DNA from: Bacteroidaceae bacterium | Lineage (GTDB): Bacteria > Bacteroidota > Bacteroidia > Bacteroidales > Barnesiellaceae_A | Length of the DNA stretch: 64,000 nt | Assembly: GCA_017531985.1 (NCBI GenBank) | Contig: JAFXJY010000036.1 | Coordinates: 2,298 to 66,297, forward strand | Direction: 5' to 3' | Position numbers and translations under genes: made by a program | Notes under the pieces: model-generated | Told to the model about the DNA's origin: nothing | Databases searched by the model: none | What the model saw: only the letters and a program-made list of their open reading frames with translations | In this document: positions 51,705 through 61,225 of the stretch, one piece after another | Layout: each line of letters starts with the position of its first letter | Numbering within the stretch: the first letter of the stretch is position 1

Positions 51705-52712
51705 TTATGAAAGATTATATTCGGGAAAGGTCTTATTGATGCGTAATATCTCTTCTCCGCCATGTTTCAGTATCAAGTCGTAGAAATCTTGCCCATGTCC
51801 TTTGATGAGTGAATGACACAACTCGTGTATGAGAATAGCATCAATCTTACGAGAGGAATATGTAATAATCTCGGGCGTTATAACTATTTGCTTGGTTTGG
51901 TAATAATAACAAGCGGCACAATCACTCATTTTTTTTATCTGGCAGTCAGAGTATTTCAGCCCTGTTCGTTCCGAGAGTTCTTTCAGACGTTGGGGTAAAT
52001 ATTTCAGAGCAGCTTTCCTCATGAGTTTATTGCTTTCGATGATGATAGCTTCTCTCGTAACCAACTGGTCAAATCTTATATCGCGAGGTACTATAATTGT
52101 ATAGCAATCTCCTTCGACCCTATGAGTGAATTTATTGCCTTTACCCCGTTCTATTCTTAGCGAGTAATGGTCATAGTCTTCATGATAACTTTGGTCAATA
52201 AGGACAGGATAGCGACGATTCTCTTCATGCCAGTCGTATAAGCCGTATATCATCTCTATGGCTTGATAACTATCATAATGAAGATACGATTTTGATAACT
52301 CTACCTCGACACGATCATTGTAAAACTGGACTCGTTCTCGTCCTGTTTCACCACGCAGAACTATTCGACCTATCTTATAATCGTAAAATTCGTAACGGTT
52401 GCCCGTAGGAATATCTACTCGTAATGAGCTGATTTTATCGAATTCGCTGCCTAACATACTCTTGGCAGTCTCTATACCCTCTTTCCTCGCTATCAGATGC
52501 CTATACCACATGTGTGCGGCATAGTGGTTGACCGGTGTACCGAGTCCCTTGTAATGACAGTATGCGAGCAATGCATAACATTGATATTGGACTTTGGAGT
52601 CCCATGCCGATTGTCGTAAATATGAAACAGCCTCTTCATATCGACCTTGTTGGAACAATATTTCTGCTTTCCGGAAATTTTCCTTGGCAGTAATTCTCAG
52701 TTTATAACTCAT
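51705..52712 (-). CDS. Sel1/TPP-like repeat protein fused to a DUF45/YgjP-type (M48-like) metallopeptidase domain
   Basis: N-terminal Sel1-like YKGLGTPVNHYAAHMWY. C-terminal ILIHELCHSLIKGHGQDFYDL (HExxH). The ORF-track start is a TTG, so I use the ATG at 52712. Confidence 0.6.
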   Translation of the reverse strand: MSYKLRITAKENFRKAEILFQQGRYEEAVSYLRQSAWDSKVQYQCYALLAYCHYKGLGTPVNHYAAHMWYRHLIARKEGIETAKSMLGSEFDKISSLRVDIPTGNRYEFYDYKIGRIVLRGETGRERVQFYNDRVEVELSKSYLHYDSYQAIEMIYGLYDWHEENRRYPVLIDQSYHEDYDHYSLRIERGKGNKFTHRVEGDCYTIIVPRDIRFDQLVTREAIIIESNKLMRKAALKYLPQRLKELSERTGLKYSDCQIKKMSDCAACYYYQTKQIVITPEIITYSSRKIDAILIHELCHSLIKGHGQDFYDLILKHGGEEILRINKTFPEYNLS

Positions 52713-52728
52713 ATATTGGCATTGCTGT

Positions 52729-53583
52729 TTATGGTACAAAATTAATAGATGCAGCTATTTCATATCCTTGGTTGTAAAGGTCGAGTAGCTTGTCGATGTT
52801 GCGTTCCATGCGGTCTACCACAATGGGGCGTGTGGGACGTATAACAGTGAGTTTGCCCATATCTTCGAGTTGCTCCACCATTTCCAATTGTGAATTATAG
52901 AGTCTATTTCGATGTGCTATTGCTTTACGCAGTGCCGGATAGCGGCGATATATAAAGGGCGGAACTAAGGTGGAACGAGAGGACTTACGGTAGCCCCTGT
53001 TACGAGTCAGCACCACAACATTATTGTCATAGCCTTGTTGTCTTGCTCGCAACAATGGTATGGAGTCGGCTATTCCACCATCGAGCATGGGATGTCCATC
53101 GACATAGGATATGGGACATACAAAGGGTAGACTGCTCGAAGCCTTAACTATCTCGATAATACGAGCCGGATTGTTTTTTTCCTCAAAATAGCAGGCTTGT
53201 CCGGTGTAGCAATCGGTTGTTACCATTTCGTATCGCTCGGTACATTGTGCATATCGTTCATAATCGTAGGGTATTATCTCCTCGGGAAACTTATGAAACA
53301 GCAGGTCGAAGTCCATGATATTCCCTTTTTTTATAAGTTGCTTGATGCCAATGTAATGATATTTATCCAACAAGTCAATGTTGCTATATTTGGCTCTGCC
53401 CTTCTGCTCCGACATGTATGACAAGCCATTGCATGCTCCTGCACTGACACCTATTGTATAAGGGAAACGAATGCCGCGTTCCATCAGGTTATCGAGTACT
53501 CCACAGGTGAAAACACCTCGCATGCCTCCACCTTCGAGGATTAACCCTGATGCTTGTGTAAGTGTTATGGTGCGTTGTTTCAT
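52729..53583 (-). CDS. Patatin-like phospholipase
   Basis: GGGMRG oxyanion motif, GVSAG nucleophile and LDGGIAD Asp. Confidence 0.85.
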   Translation of the reverse strand: MKQRTITLTQASGLILEGGGMRGVFTCGVLDNLMERGIRFPYTIGVSAGACNGLSYMSEQKGRAKYSNIDLLDKYHYIGIKQLIKKGNIMDFDLLFHKFPEEIIPYDYERYAQCTERYEMVTTDCYTGQACYFEEKNNPARIIEIVKASSSLPFVCPISYVDGHPMLDGGIADSIPLLRARQQGYDNNVVVLTRNRGYRKSSRSTLVPPFIYRRYPALRKAIAHRNRLYNSQLEMVEQLEDMGKLTVIRPTRPIVVDRMERNIDKLLDLYNQGYEIAASINFVP

Positions 53584-53612
53584 TCACAATAAAGCTGAGA
53601 GTTAATGAAAGT

Positions 53613-54170
53613 TTACTTCAACGCATTACCATCGGCAAAGGCTTTGCCTACCACCTCGCCCAATACTCGATATTGATGATTGATGGGGTCGTAAGTGATG
53701 GGTTGTAACTTGGCAATATCTATTTTCCCGTTGGTTAGAATGCTTTCATCGGCCGACACATTTATAATATCGCCTATCATGTAGTTACTCTCGGCATCAT
53801 AACTCACAAGCCTACATTCGAGAGTCATGGGTAGTTGCTCGATAATGGGTGCATGTACATGTTGTGATGGAACGGTTGTAAATCCGGCTCGGTCTATTTT
53901 GTCGGGGACGTTATTGCCCGATACAATACCTACATAGTCACATGCTGCAAGTTGGGCGACGGTAGCCATGCTCACTGTAAAGGCTCTTGTAGAGAGTATG
54001 TTATGGGTCGTTTTATGATTATCGGCAAGACATATTCCTACCCTATCATCGGTATTTATTCCACCCCAAGCTGCATTCATTGCATTGGGTAGTCCATTTT
54101 CATCGTAAGCAGCAACTATCAATACGGGCATGGGATACATCCACGTTTTAGTTCCGAAATCTTTTCGCAT
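53613..54170 (-). CDS. Flavin reductase-like (FMN-binding split barrel) protein
   Basis: 185 aa. Typical N-terminus PMPVLIVAAYDENG..NAMNAAWGG. Confidence 0.7.
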   Translation of the reverse strand: MRKDFGTKTWMYPMPVLIVAAYDENGLPNAMNAAWGGINTDDRVGICLADNHKTTHNILSTRAFTVSMATVAQLAACDYVGIVSGNNVPDKIDRAGFTTVPSQHVHAPIIEQLPMTLECRLVSYDAESNYMIGDIINVSADESILTNGKIDIAKLQPITYDPINHQYRVLGEVVGKAFADGNALK

Positions 54171-54189
54171 ATATTATAAGTTTAAGTTA

Positions 54190-54495
54190 TTATTCATCGA
54201 TAGTCTCCACAAGGAAAGTGACCGGACGAAATCCATCGTTGCATGATAACATCGCAGAATAAGGATTACGCATCCATCCATCAAAAAAGTTGCCATGACC
54301 TTCGGCCAGTTGACGCACAAATGGGTAGATAGTCTCCCACGCACTATCGCATAATCCCTGTGGTTTATGGCAGTTTTCGACATAGAACGTCATCCCCACC
54401 TGCATGTCACAGGCATGCTCAATAGGGTTTTCATACTGCTCCATCAGGTCGCGATAGCAAGTCATCCGCATAACGGTTATTTTTACTCGCTTCAT
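54190..54495 (-). CDS. Small Cys-rich protein (TIGR04076-like, family assigned from memory)
   Basis: 101-aa ORF with an ATG start, packed tightly between redox genes. Confidence 0.4.
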   Translation of the reverse strand: MKRVKITVMRMTCYRDLMEQYENPIEHACDMQVGMTFYVENCHKPQGLCDSAWETIYPFVRQLAEGHGNFFDGWMRNPYSAMLSCNDGFRPVTFLVETIDE

Positions 54496-54501
54496 ACTGG
54501 T

Positions 54502-55170
54502 TTACAATTTATATCTTATCCACACAGTATCACCCATCTGTCTAACACTTGTCAACTGCAAGCGTGTGGGTTGCTTGTCGGAATGTAATCCATCAAAAAC
54601 AGCTGTCATATTACCACGCCCATCAATACCCGGAGCTATCATGCAACTAACTTCATCGAGCAGACCGGCTGCAAGGAATGCTCCATTGATGTGTCCTCCA
54701 CCGGTTACAGCGAGTCTCTCTACACCAAAATGCTCTCGCAGTAGGTTCATGGCTCGGCGTAGATCGATACCGCCCTCTCCTACCGCTATCCATGATATAC
54801 CCTGCTCGGTAAGGCGTGAATGATATGACCGAGGACAATCTTGCGATGTTATGACTAACAAAGATTGACCGTCAAACTCGTTTCTTTGCCATTGTAGTTT
54901 GCCCATCGTGTCAATAGCTATGCAATAAGAACAATCTCTATGCGTGATGTGATAGGATTCATGGCCTATGGGAGTTGCATCTGTTGTGGTAAACAACTCG
55001 TCCGATGCATAATGCATCTGCATGGTGACGCGTCCCATCAGCATTGAGGGGCAATGTAACTCATCGAGTGCTTCGTAATATTCATTATCGCCTTCTATTT
55101 GCTCGGTCATGTCACAGTCTATGCGACCATCGACCGATGCTATCATGTGGCATATTATATAAGGTCTCAT
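54502..55170 (-). CDS. RibD C-terminal domain / dihydrofolate reductase-family protein
   Basis: MRPYIICHMIASVDGRI N-terminus and GGGHINGAFL. A TAcaTTTG box at about 55193-55200 favours the ATG at 55170. Confidence 0.65.
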   Translation of the reverse strand: MRPYIICHMIASVDGRIDCDMTEQIEGDNEYYEALDELHCPSMLMGRVTMQMHYASDELFTTTDATPIGHESYHITHRDCSYCIAIDTMGKLQWQRNEFDGQSLLVITSQDCPRSYHSRLTEQGISWIAVGEGGIDLRRAMNLLREHFGVERLAVTGGGHINGAFLAAGLLDEVSCMIAPGIDGRGNMTAVFDGLHSDKQPTRLQLTSVRQMGDTVWIRYKL

Positions 55171-55612
55171 ACGTTGGTTATTTTTCATTACAAATGTAAA
55201 TAATATCATTCAAATATCAAAATAGACTCTTTGCATGGTGTAACTGCACAGTCAATATATAATTTTGTTATTGCCCATATAGTCGGGAGGATGCGACAAC
55301 CAAAAGACGAATATAAACCTCCTTGTGTACGTCTACTTGTGAATATAACCAACAGATATATTGTAGGGCGGTTTTATATAATTGGTAAAAAGTTAAACAT
55401 TGGTCGCGACTTTCTATTTGGAGTGCTTAGTGATTTATTGAGGTATGTTTCTTGTTTTTACTTCTGTTATAATGCTCGCATTGCTCCCTCGTGTGAAACT
55501 ATAAACCAACCTGAAATAAAATTCAAAATCAGCTCGGCCTGATGTATAAAACATCCTTATGAATAATTTATTTTTCAATGCAATGTACCTCTATCAAACA
55601 AATACAAACACA

Positions 55613-55758
55613 ATACAAGAGATGTTAAATAGTTGTGTAAGAGAATCTTCGTCGGTATAATCAGAAAGTGGTCTGATTGCAGTCTGATGAGTTGCTTTAA
55701 GATTGAGTATATTAGAAAAAAATGAACGGCTTGCGTTGTTATTTAACATCTCTTGTAT
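55613..55758. repeat. Perfect 19-bp inverted repeat pair (55613-55631 and 55740-55758) flanking a 108-bp segment
   Basis: ATACAAGAGATGTTAAATA versus TATTTAACATCTCTTGTAT, exact reverse complements read from the sequence. The segment has an inner 7-bp hairpin AATCAGA-aagtgg-TCTGATT. Confidence 0.85.
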
Positions 55759-55783
55759 CGAGAGATAGCATCTTCCAATCCTT

Positions 55784-56749
55784 TTATAACAAAGAGCGAA
55801 GTATCTGTTTGTTGGCTTTATCAATCGCGTTATTGTCCAATGAAGATAGGTAGATACGAGTAGTCGATTCCGAATCATGACCCAATGCCTTGCTGATGAC
55901 CGTAAGTGGAATATTCTTGTTCTGAGCCACGCTTGCCCATGTGTGGCGTGCCACATACATAGTCAGCGGCTGAGACAGATGCAAGAGCTGGCCTATAATC
56001 TTCAAGTTACGATTGACATTGTGGGATGCATAAATGTATTGTTTGCGTTCGCTGATTCGACGAGTAGGATTGAGTATGGGAAGAAGATAAATAGAATCTT
56101 TTTTCTCATATTTGTCGACAATCTCCTGCATGCAACTTTCCCATTTGATGAATAACCGCTGTCCTGTTTTGCAGCGATGATATGAAAGAATACCCTCGTT
56201 CAGGTCTTTTTTGCGAAGATGAGCCATATCGACAAAAGACATCCCCCGGGTGTAAAATGAAAACAAAAACATGTCCCGTGCATATTCCATCGATGGGCGG
56301 TTGGTAAAGGATAGTGCTTTGAGTTTCTTTAATGTTTTGATGGATATAGCTCGTTTTATAGTCTTATCTATGCCTGTGTATACTTGTAAAAAGGGATGTT
56401 GCTGCTTAGTTACACCTAATTTTACGGCACGATTGTAGATGGAACGAATGTTTCGCATGTAAAATGATATGGTATTGGGACATATATTGAGATTTTTCAG
56501 ATATGCTTCGTACCCCATAATGACTTCGGTCGTAATATCGGATATTTTAATGTCTCGATTATTTCGATATCGCTTAAAACTGTTTAGTGAAGTTGCATAA
56601 GTTTCGGCGGTTCTTACCTTGCCCAATGCTCTTGTATATGCTATTACATTTTCGGCAAAAATGAAATAATAGGCACTACGTTTAACGGGTGCTACCACTA
56701 AATTACTTTTGCGGTTGGACTTAATAGTTTTTATGGTTGTCTTTTTCAT
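55784..56749 (-). CDS. Tyrosine site-specific recombinase (phage integrase family, Bacteroidales short type)
   Basis: N-terminal SAM-like domain. Catalytic signature FYTRGMSFVDM (R), VARHTWAS (H-x-x-R region) and LGHDSESTTRIYL (catalytic Y). The start is moved to MKKTTIK. Confidence 0.85.
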   Translation of the reverse strand: MKKTTIKTIKSNRKSNLVVAPVKRSAYYFIFAENVIAYTRALGKVRTAETYATSLNSFKRYRNNRDIKISDITTEVIMGYEAYLKNLNICPNTISFYMRNIRSIYNRAVKLGVTKQQHPFLQVYTGIDKTIKRAISIKTLKKLKALSFTNRPSMEYARDMFLFSFYTRGMSFVDMAHLRKKDLNEGILSYHRCKTGQRLFIKWESCMQEIVDKYEKKDSIYLLPILNPTRRISERKQYIYASHNVNRNLKIIGQLLHLSQPLTMYVARHTWASVAQNKNIPLTVISKALGHDSESTTRIYLSSLDNNAIDKANKQILRSLL

Positions 56750-56795
56750 GATAATTGGGTTTATTAAGTAGTGAATAAGAGTTGTGGGAGTATAA

Positions 56796-56825
56796 TAAAA
56801 AAGGCTACCTCCTATGGAAGTAGCC
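56796..56825 (-). terminator. Terminator of ridA
   Basis: Minus RNA: GGCUACUUCC-aua-GGAGGUAGCC (one mismatch) followed by U7. Confidence 0.65.
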
Positions 56826-56855
56826 TCATGTAACAAAGGGTATTGTTAAGATTTA

Positions 56856-57236
56856 TTACTTGGCTGCAATAACTTCGATTTCGACCATAACACCTTTGGG
56901 AAGATCACGAACTGCAAAAGCTGCACGAGCGGGATATGCCTCGCAGCCTTCGAAGGCTTGTGCATATACCTCATTCATGGGTACGAAGTTGGCAATGTCA
57001 GAGAGCAAAACAGTGGTTTTTACTACATTGTCCATTGTGTAACCGGCCTCAGTAAGGATAGCCTTGATATTAGCAAAAACTTGTGTAGTTTGAGCTGTAA
57101 TACCTTCGGGTACTTCACCTGTGGCAGGGTTTACGGGTATTTGACCAGAGATGAATAACATGTTGCCGGTCTGGATAGCTTGGCTGTAAGGACCGATTGC
57201 TGCGGGAGCATTGGTTGTTGCAATTACTTTTTTCAT
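56856..57236 (-). CDS. ridA: RidA (YjgF/UK114) family reactive-intermediate deaminase
   Basis: 126 aa with [11 protein letters not shown] and ...VEIEVIA. Confidence 0.9.
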   Translation of the reverse strand: MKKVIATTNAPAAIGPYSQAIQTGNMLFISGQIPVNPATGEVPEGITAQTTQVFANIKAILTEAGYTMDNVVKTTVLLSDIANFVPMNEVYAQAFEGCEAYPARAAFAVRDLPKGVMVEIEVIAAK

Positions 57237-57278
57237 AATCTTGTTTTTTTTGATTGGTTTTTAAACTATATTTATCGG

Positions 57279-58613
57279 TTAAATATCATTTGTCGGTATA
57301 GGTATATTAATAATTAATGTGTCTAATTGTTCTGTATCGCATGCTTCCAAACAATCAAACGTTTTGTTATATGGCTTCCAATTTAACGATTCAACAAAAT
57401 CTTTGCATCCATGATTATCTATTCGATACATCAGTTCGCCGATGGTAATAGTGCTATCAACGGTTGCCAAGTAAGCAAAATCTTTGTCGACAGGAGTGGG
57501 AGCAAGTAAGTTGACAGCAACCAAGTCATCGACTGCACGATTGATTAGCTGTATGGGTATTTGGTAGGCTTGTGACAGTTCGTAGCATGAAAGTGGCGAT
57601 AAGTTCTGCTGTCTTCGTTGCAGCACAACAGCCATTATTGTGGTGAGTACACGTTTGTAATAATTGCGTGAAATGGTCGAAATCTCTTTTTCGTATTCGA
57701 AGTTGTACACATTCTGTGAGGAGTAAGAAAGAACCACTCCAAAAAGACATATCAACCATGATAATTGCATCCACAACATGAGCAAGGGAAGAAATGCAAA
57801 ACTACCATAGATAGCATTGTATTTCGATACCCATATCTGTCCCGATAGATATAACCATTGAAACAAGTTAAAGGCTGTACCACAAATAATACCCGATATA
57901 AAAGCATGCTTGAATTTGACTTGTGTATTGGGTAGGAATAAGTATGCAGCAGTAAAGAGTAGCCACGATAGTACATAAGAAGAGAATTGCATAATGTACT
58001 GTCCGAGGGTTGTAATGTAGGTATTAGGTATCTTATCGAGTAATGTAGATGCAAAGATGGACATACCATTGCTTGCAACTAACAGTACAGGCAGAATGAT
58101 AAACATGGCCATGTAATCGGTGATGCGACGAGCCAACTTGCGATTGGGTACATTCCATAAGTCGTTGAATGTCTTTTCGATATCACTCATCAAGTTGATT
58201 AATGTCCATAGTAATACAACCAATCCGATACCTACGAATACTCCTGCTTTCATTTGTTCCATGTAGGCTTCGACAAAGGAAAAGGCGTATTCGAGAGCAT
58301 TACGTTGTGCCGGAAAAGCATCGAAGAGCTGACTTTCAAAGATAGAGCTAAACCCAAATCCCTTACCTATGGCCAACAATAGAGCCAATGCAGGTACAGT
58401 GGCTAAAAGCGTGCGAAATGTCAAGGCCGATGAACGCTGTTGCAATTGTTCGTTTAAGAAGCAACGTATAGATAGATTAAGGGTCTTTATTATATGCACA
58501 AATACATTGTTGCTTTTACATTTCCACACATCCTCGCTTACGAAATGCCATCCTCGACCGATGGCAAGGAGCAGTTGATTCCATTTAGAAGCAAGGCTGT
58601 TATATGCACTCAT
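57279..58613 (-). CDS. YihY/BrkB-family membrane protein with a C-terminal soluble extension
   Basis: Multiple TM segments and a YihY-like core (ALTFRTLLATVP). Confidence 0.7.
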   Translation of the reverse strand: MSAYNSLASKWNQLLLAIGRGWHFVSEDVWKCKSNNVFVHIIKTLNLSIRCFLNEQLQQRSSALTFRTLLATVPALALLLAIGKGFGFSSIFESQLFDAFPAQRNALEYAFSFVEAYMEQMKAGVFVGIGLVVLLWTLINLMSDIEKTFNDLWNVPNRKLARRITDYMAMFIILPVLLVASNGMSIFASTLLDKIPNTYITTLGQYIMQFSSYVLSWLLFTAAYLFLPNTQVKFKHAFISGIICGTAFNLFQWLYLSGQIWVSKYNAIYGSFAFLPLLMLWMQLSWLICLFGVVLSYSSQNVYNFEYEKEISTISRNYYKRVLTTIMAVVLQRRQQNLSPLSCYELSQAYQIPIQLINRAVDDLVAVNLLAPTPVDKDFAYLATVDSTITIGELMYRIDNHGCKDFVESLNWKPYNKTFDCLEACDTEQLDTLIINIPIPTNDI

Positions 58614-58643
58614 ACAGTAGTTGGTTTTTTTAATGAAAAATTA

Positions 58644-58994
58644 CAGTAAGTCTATAAGCCGGGTTCTGTCCCCCTACAAGAGAGGTGTCTGCCATTTATC
58701 TTGACTTCATGTCACCATGAAGTTCCTCGCGGTTTACCCCCCGGCATCGGACGAGCAGCCCTACTACGCCGGTATACATAACCTTACAACCCATAAGACG
58801 CACGGCATGATGTGTTACCACACCACCCGGTAGGCTCTTACCCCACCTTTTCACCCTTACCACAAGATTGTGGCGGTTATTCTCTGTTGCGTTACTCCAC
58901 CCTCGCGAATGGCTTCCCGTTAAGAAGTATGGTTGCTCTGTGTTGCCCGGACTTTCCTCACAAACTTATGCTTGCGCGACAGACCGACCTACTG
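58644..58994 (-). ncRNA. rnpB: RNase P RNA, bacterial type A
   Basis: Minus strand contains GAGGAAAGUCCGGGC (P4 5' strand) and ACAGAACCCGGCUUA near the 3' end. P1 pairs CAGUAGGUC with GACUUACUG. A TAccTTTG box lies just upstream. Confidence 0.9.
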
Positions 58995-59002
58995 TAATGT
59001 TG

Positions 59003-59010
59003 CAAAGGTA
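59003..59010 (-). promoter_or_regulatory. -7 box TAccTTTG for rnpB
   Basis: The reverse complement of caaaggta, about 8 nt upstream of the predicted 5' end. Confidence 0.55.
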
Positions 59011-59286
59011 GTGATTTTTTTGTGCCTACAACCAATTATCTTGAAAATATCGTGATAATTCATGATTTTTATGCTCTTTTTTTTATCAGTGGCGGGAACA
59101 TTTTGACATGTTCATTACCTTATATAATTAGAAGCTCTCATGCGTTAAGTGCGGTTAATGATTTAATTGACGTATTAAAAGAGTTTAAATGTTTAACTTG
59201 AATGATGCACATTAGAAAATAAAGTATTAAATTTAACACCTGAAATTACTAAAACAACGATAAATTAACAATTAAATTAGGGTTAT

Positions 59287-60750
59287 ATGAAAATGATTAA
59301 TGTAAGTAAAATGCTGCCAATGGCACTTTTCTGTGCCGGTGTTGTAGCTTGTGGTTCGGCAATAAGTAACCATAATGATAGCAACGAAACAGCTGCTGTT
59401 TGCGAAGCAACCTATACACCAACAACTTATCGTTCATCCGACATGGATTTCACCAAAGCTGCCGAGAGTAGTGTAAATGCGGTGGTAAGTATACGCACAA
59501 CAACAACGATGACAAGCTCGCGAGGTGGATATAATGATCCGTTTTTTGAGTTTTTCTTCGGACCGGGATTTAGTCAACCCGAACAACGCTCGCAAAGCGG
59601 ATTGGGCTCGGGTGTCATCATTTCGTCCGATGGCTATATCGTGACCAATAATCATGTGATTGACGGTGCCGATAAATTGGAAATCACGCTCAACGACAAA
59701 CGTACATTCAACGGACGTGTGTTGGGAACAGATCCAACAACCGACCTGGCACTTGTCAAGATTGAAGCCGAAAATCTTCCTATAATAAAAATGGGCAACT
59801 CTGACGATTTGAAAATTGGCGAATGGGTATTGGCAGTGGGTAATCCTTTTGGTCTTACCTCTACTGTAACAGCCGGTATAGTAAGTGCCAAAGCTCGACG
59901 CATAAGCGACAGCTATCGTCAACGTCAGCTCGACATAGAGTCTTTTATCCAGACCGATGCTGCCGTTAATCCCGGAAATAGTGGTGGTGCATTGGTCAAT
60001 ACGGCAGGAGAACTTGTGGGAATTAATACTGCAATATTTTCGCAAACAGGTAATTATACTGGCTATTCATTTGCCGTGCCAACGAGTATAGTATCGAAAG
60101 TAATCAGCGACTTGCAAAAGTATGGAACAGTGCAACGAGCTGTTATGGGTATTGCCTTCCAAGAAATTAACTCCGAGTTTGCTCGACAAAAGGGTATAGA
60201 CATACTTGAAGGTGTATATGTATCAAAGGTATATGACCGCGGAGCTGCCATGGAAGCCGGAATAAAAGAGGGTGATATTATTACTAAAATAAATGATGCC
60301 AAAATAGGCAATGGAGCTGCATTGCAAGAACAGATAAGTCGATTTACTCCCGGTGACAAAATCAATATAACCATCTATCGTAATGGCAAATACGAAGTCA
60401 TGCCGATGGTATTAAAGAATAGTCAAGGTAGTACCGAAGTCTCCAAGGCTCTTAACTTTGCAACTTTGGGTGTCGGATTTAAGGAACTTTCCGACGAACA
60501 GAAGAAGGAGTTGAATACACGCAACGGTATTCAAGTTGTGAGCGTTAAAGATGGAAAATTCAAGGATGCCGGAATACGTGATGGTTTTGTTATACTTGAA
60601 GTAAATGATGTAACAATTTCATCAGTTGCCGAAATGGAACGCTTGTTTGACTCTATTACACGCTCCAACAACTCACGCAAAGTGATGTTTATCACCGGTA
60701 TATATCCCAATGGCAAAGTTATGTACTACGCCGTTGACCTTTCGGAATAA
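59287..60750 (+). CDS. htrA: HtrA/DegQ-family periplasmic serine endoprotease with PDZ domains
   Basis: Catalytic triad contexts TNNHVI, DLALVKI and GNSGGAL. Lipoprotein-type signal VVACGS. Confidence 0.9.
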   Translation: MKMINVSKMLPMALFCAGVVACGSAISNHNDSNETAAVCEATYTPTTYRSSDMDFTKAAESSVNAVVSIRTTTTMTSSRGGYNDPFFEFFFGPGFSQPEQRSQSGLGSGVIISSDGYIVTNNHVIDGADKLEITLNDKRTFNGRVLGTDPTTDLALVKIEAENLPIIKMGNSDDLKIGEWVLAVGNPFGLTSTVTAGIVSAKARRISDSYRQRQLDIESFIQTDAAVNPGNSGGALVNTAGELVGINTAIFSQTGNYTGYSFAVPTSIVSKVISDLQKYGTVQRAVMGIAFQEINSEFARQKGIDILEGVYVSKVYDRGAAMEAGIKEGDIITKINDAKIGNGAALQEQISRFTPGDKINITIYRNGKYEVMPMVLKNSQGSTEVSKALNFATLGVGFKELSDEQKKELNTRNGIQVVSVKDGKFKDAGIRDGFVILEVNDVTISSVAEMERLFDSITRSNNSRKVMFITGIYPNGKVMYYAVDLSE

Positions 60751-60764
60751 TCTATCTTATTACA

Positions 60765-60811
60765 ACCACCATTGAGTCAGTGAGATATTCTCTATGTAAC
60801 TCAATGGTGGT
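60765..60811 (+). terminator. 13-bp perfect hairpin after htrA (no clear U-tract)
   Basis: ACCACCATTGAGT ... ACTCAATGGTGGT with a 21-nt loop. Confidence 0.5.
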
Positions 60812-61217
60812 ATTATAGAGAACTTCTTTAAGGTCGGCTTTATCAATGGGGTCGAGTCGATTGGAGGATTATTTCAAAGGCAATTATATCTTCTGATGGT
60901 TCAATGCAGGCACTCTATGAAAGAATAGATGAGAAAATTATCCTAATAAATATCCAACCGACCGAAATAGAGAAATTCTACTATCAACAAGACAATCGAC
61001 GGAAAGAGGTGCGGATGGGAATATTAAATGACCATCTCAATTGTTAAATAAGGACGAAAAATTATCAAACATACTTATTCTTTCAAACCACATTATCCCC
61101 CGCTTGTTGTCAATAAAGAAAGTTTTTCTGTGTCGCAATATGAGTCGAAAAATAAAAAAGTTCATATAGATGCAGAAATTTAACATAGTTTTATATACAA
61201 CTTATTCGATAAAATCG

Positions 61218-61225
61218 TATCTTTG
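61218..61225 (+). promoter_or_regulatory. -7 box TAtcTTTG for rpoD
   Basis: Matches TAnnTTTG, 22 nt upstream of the ATG at 61247. Confidence 0.55.

Noticed and set aside
55654-55661. GGTATAAT, an E. coli-like -10 hexamer inside the IR-flanked cassette
   Set aside because: Bacteroidota sigma-A recognises TAnnTTTG and TTTG rather than TATAAT and TTGACA. This is not evidence for a promoter here.
55210-56860. Looked for a tRNA gene or direct-repeat att sites flanking the recombinase, which would mark an integrated element
   Set aside because: No tRNA-like sequence, no flanking direct repeats noticed, and no cargo or mobility genes. I therefore treat the recombinase as a lone gene rather than an integrative element.
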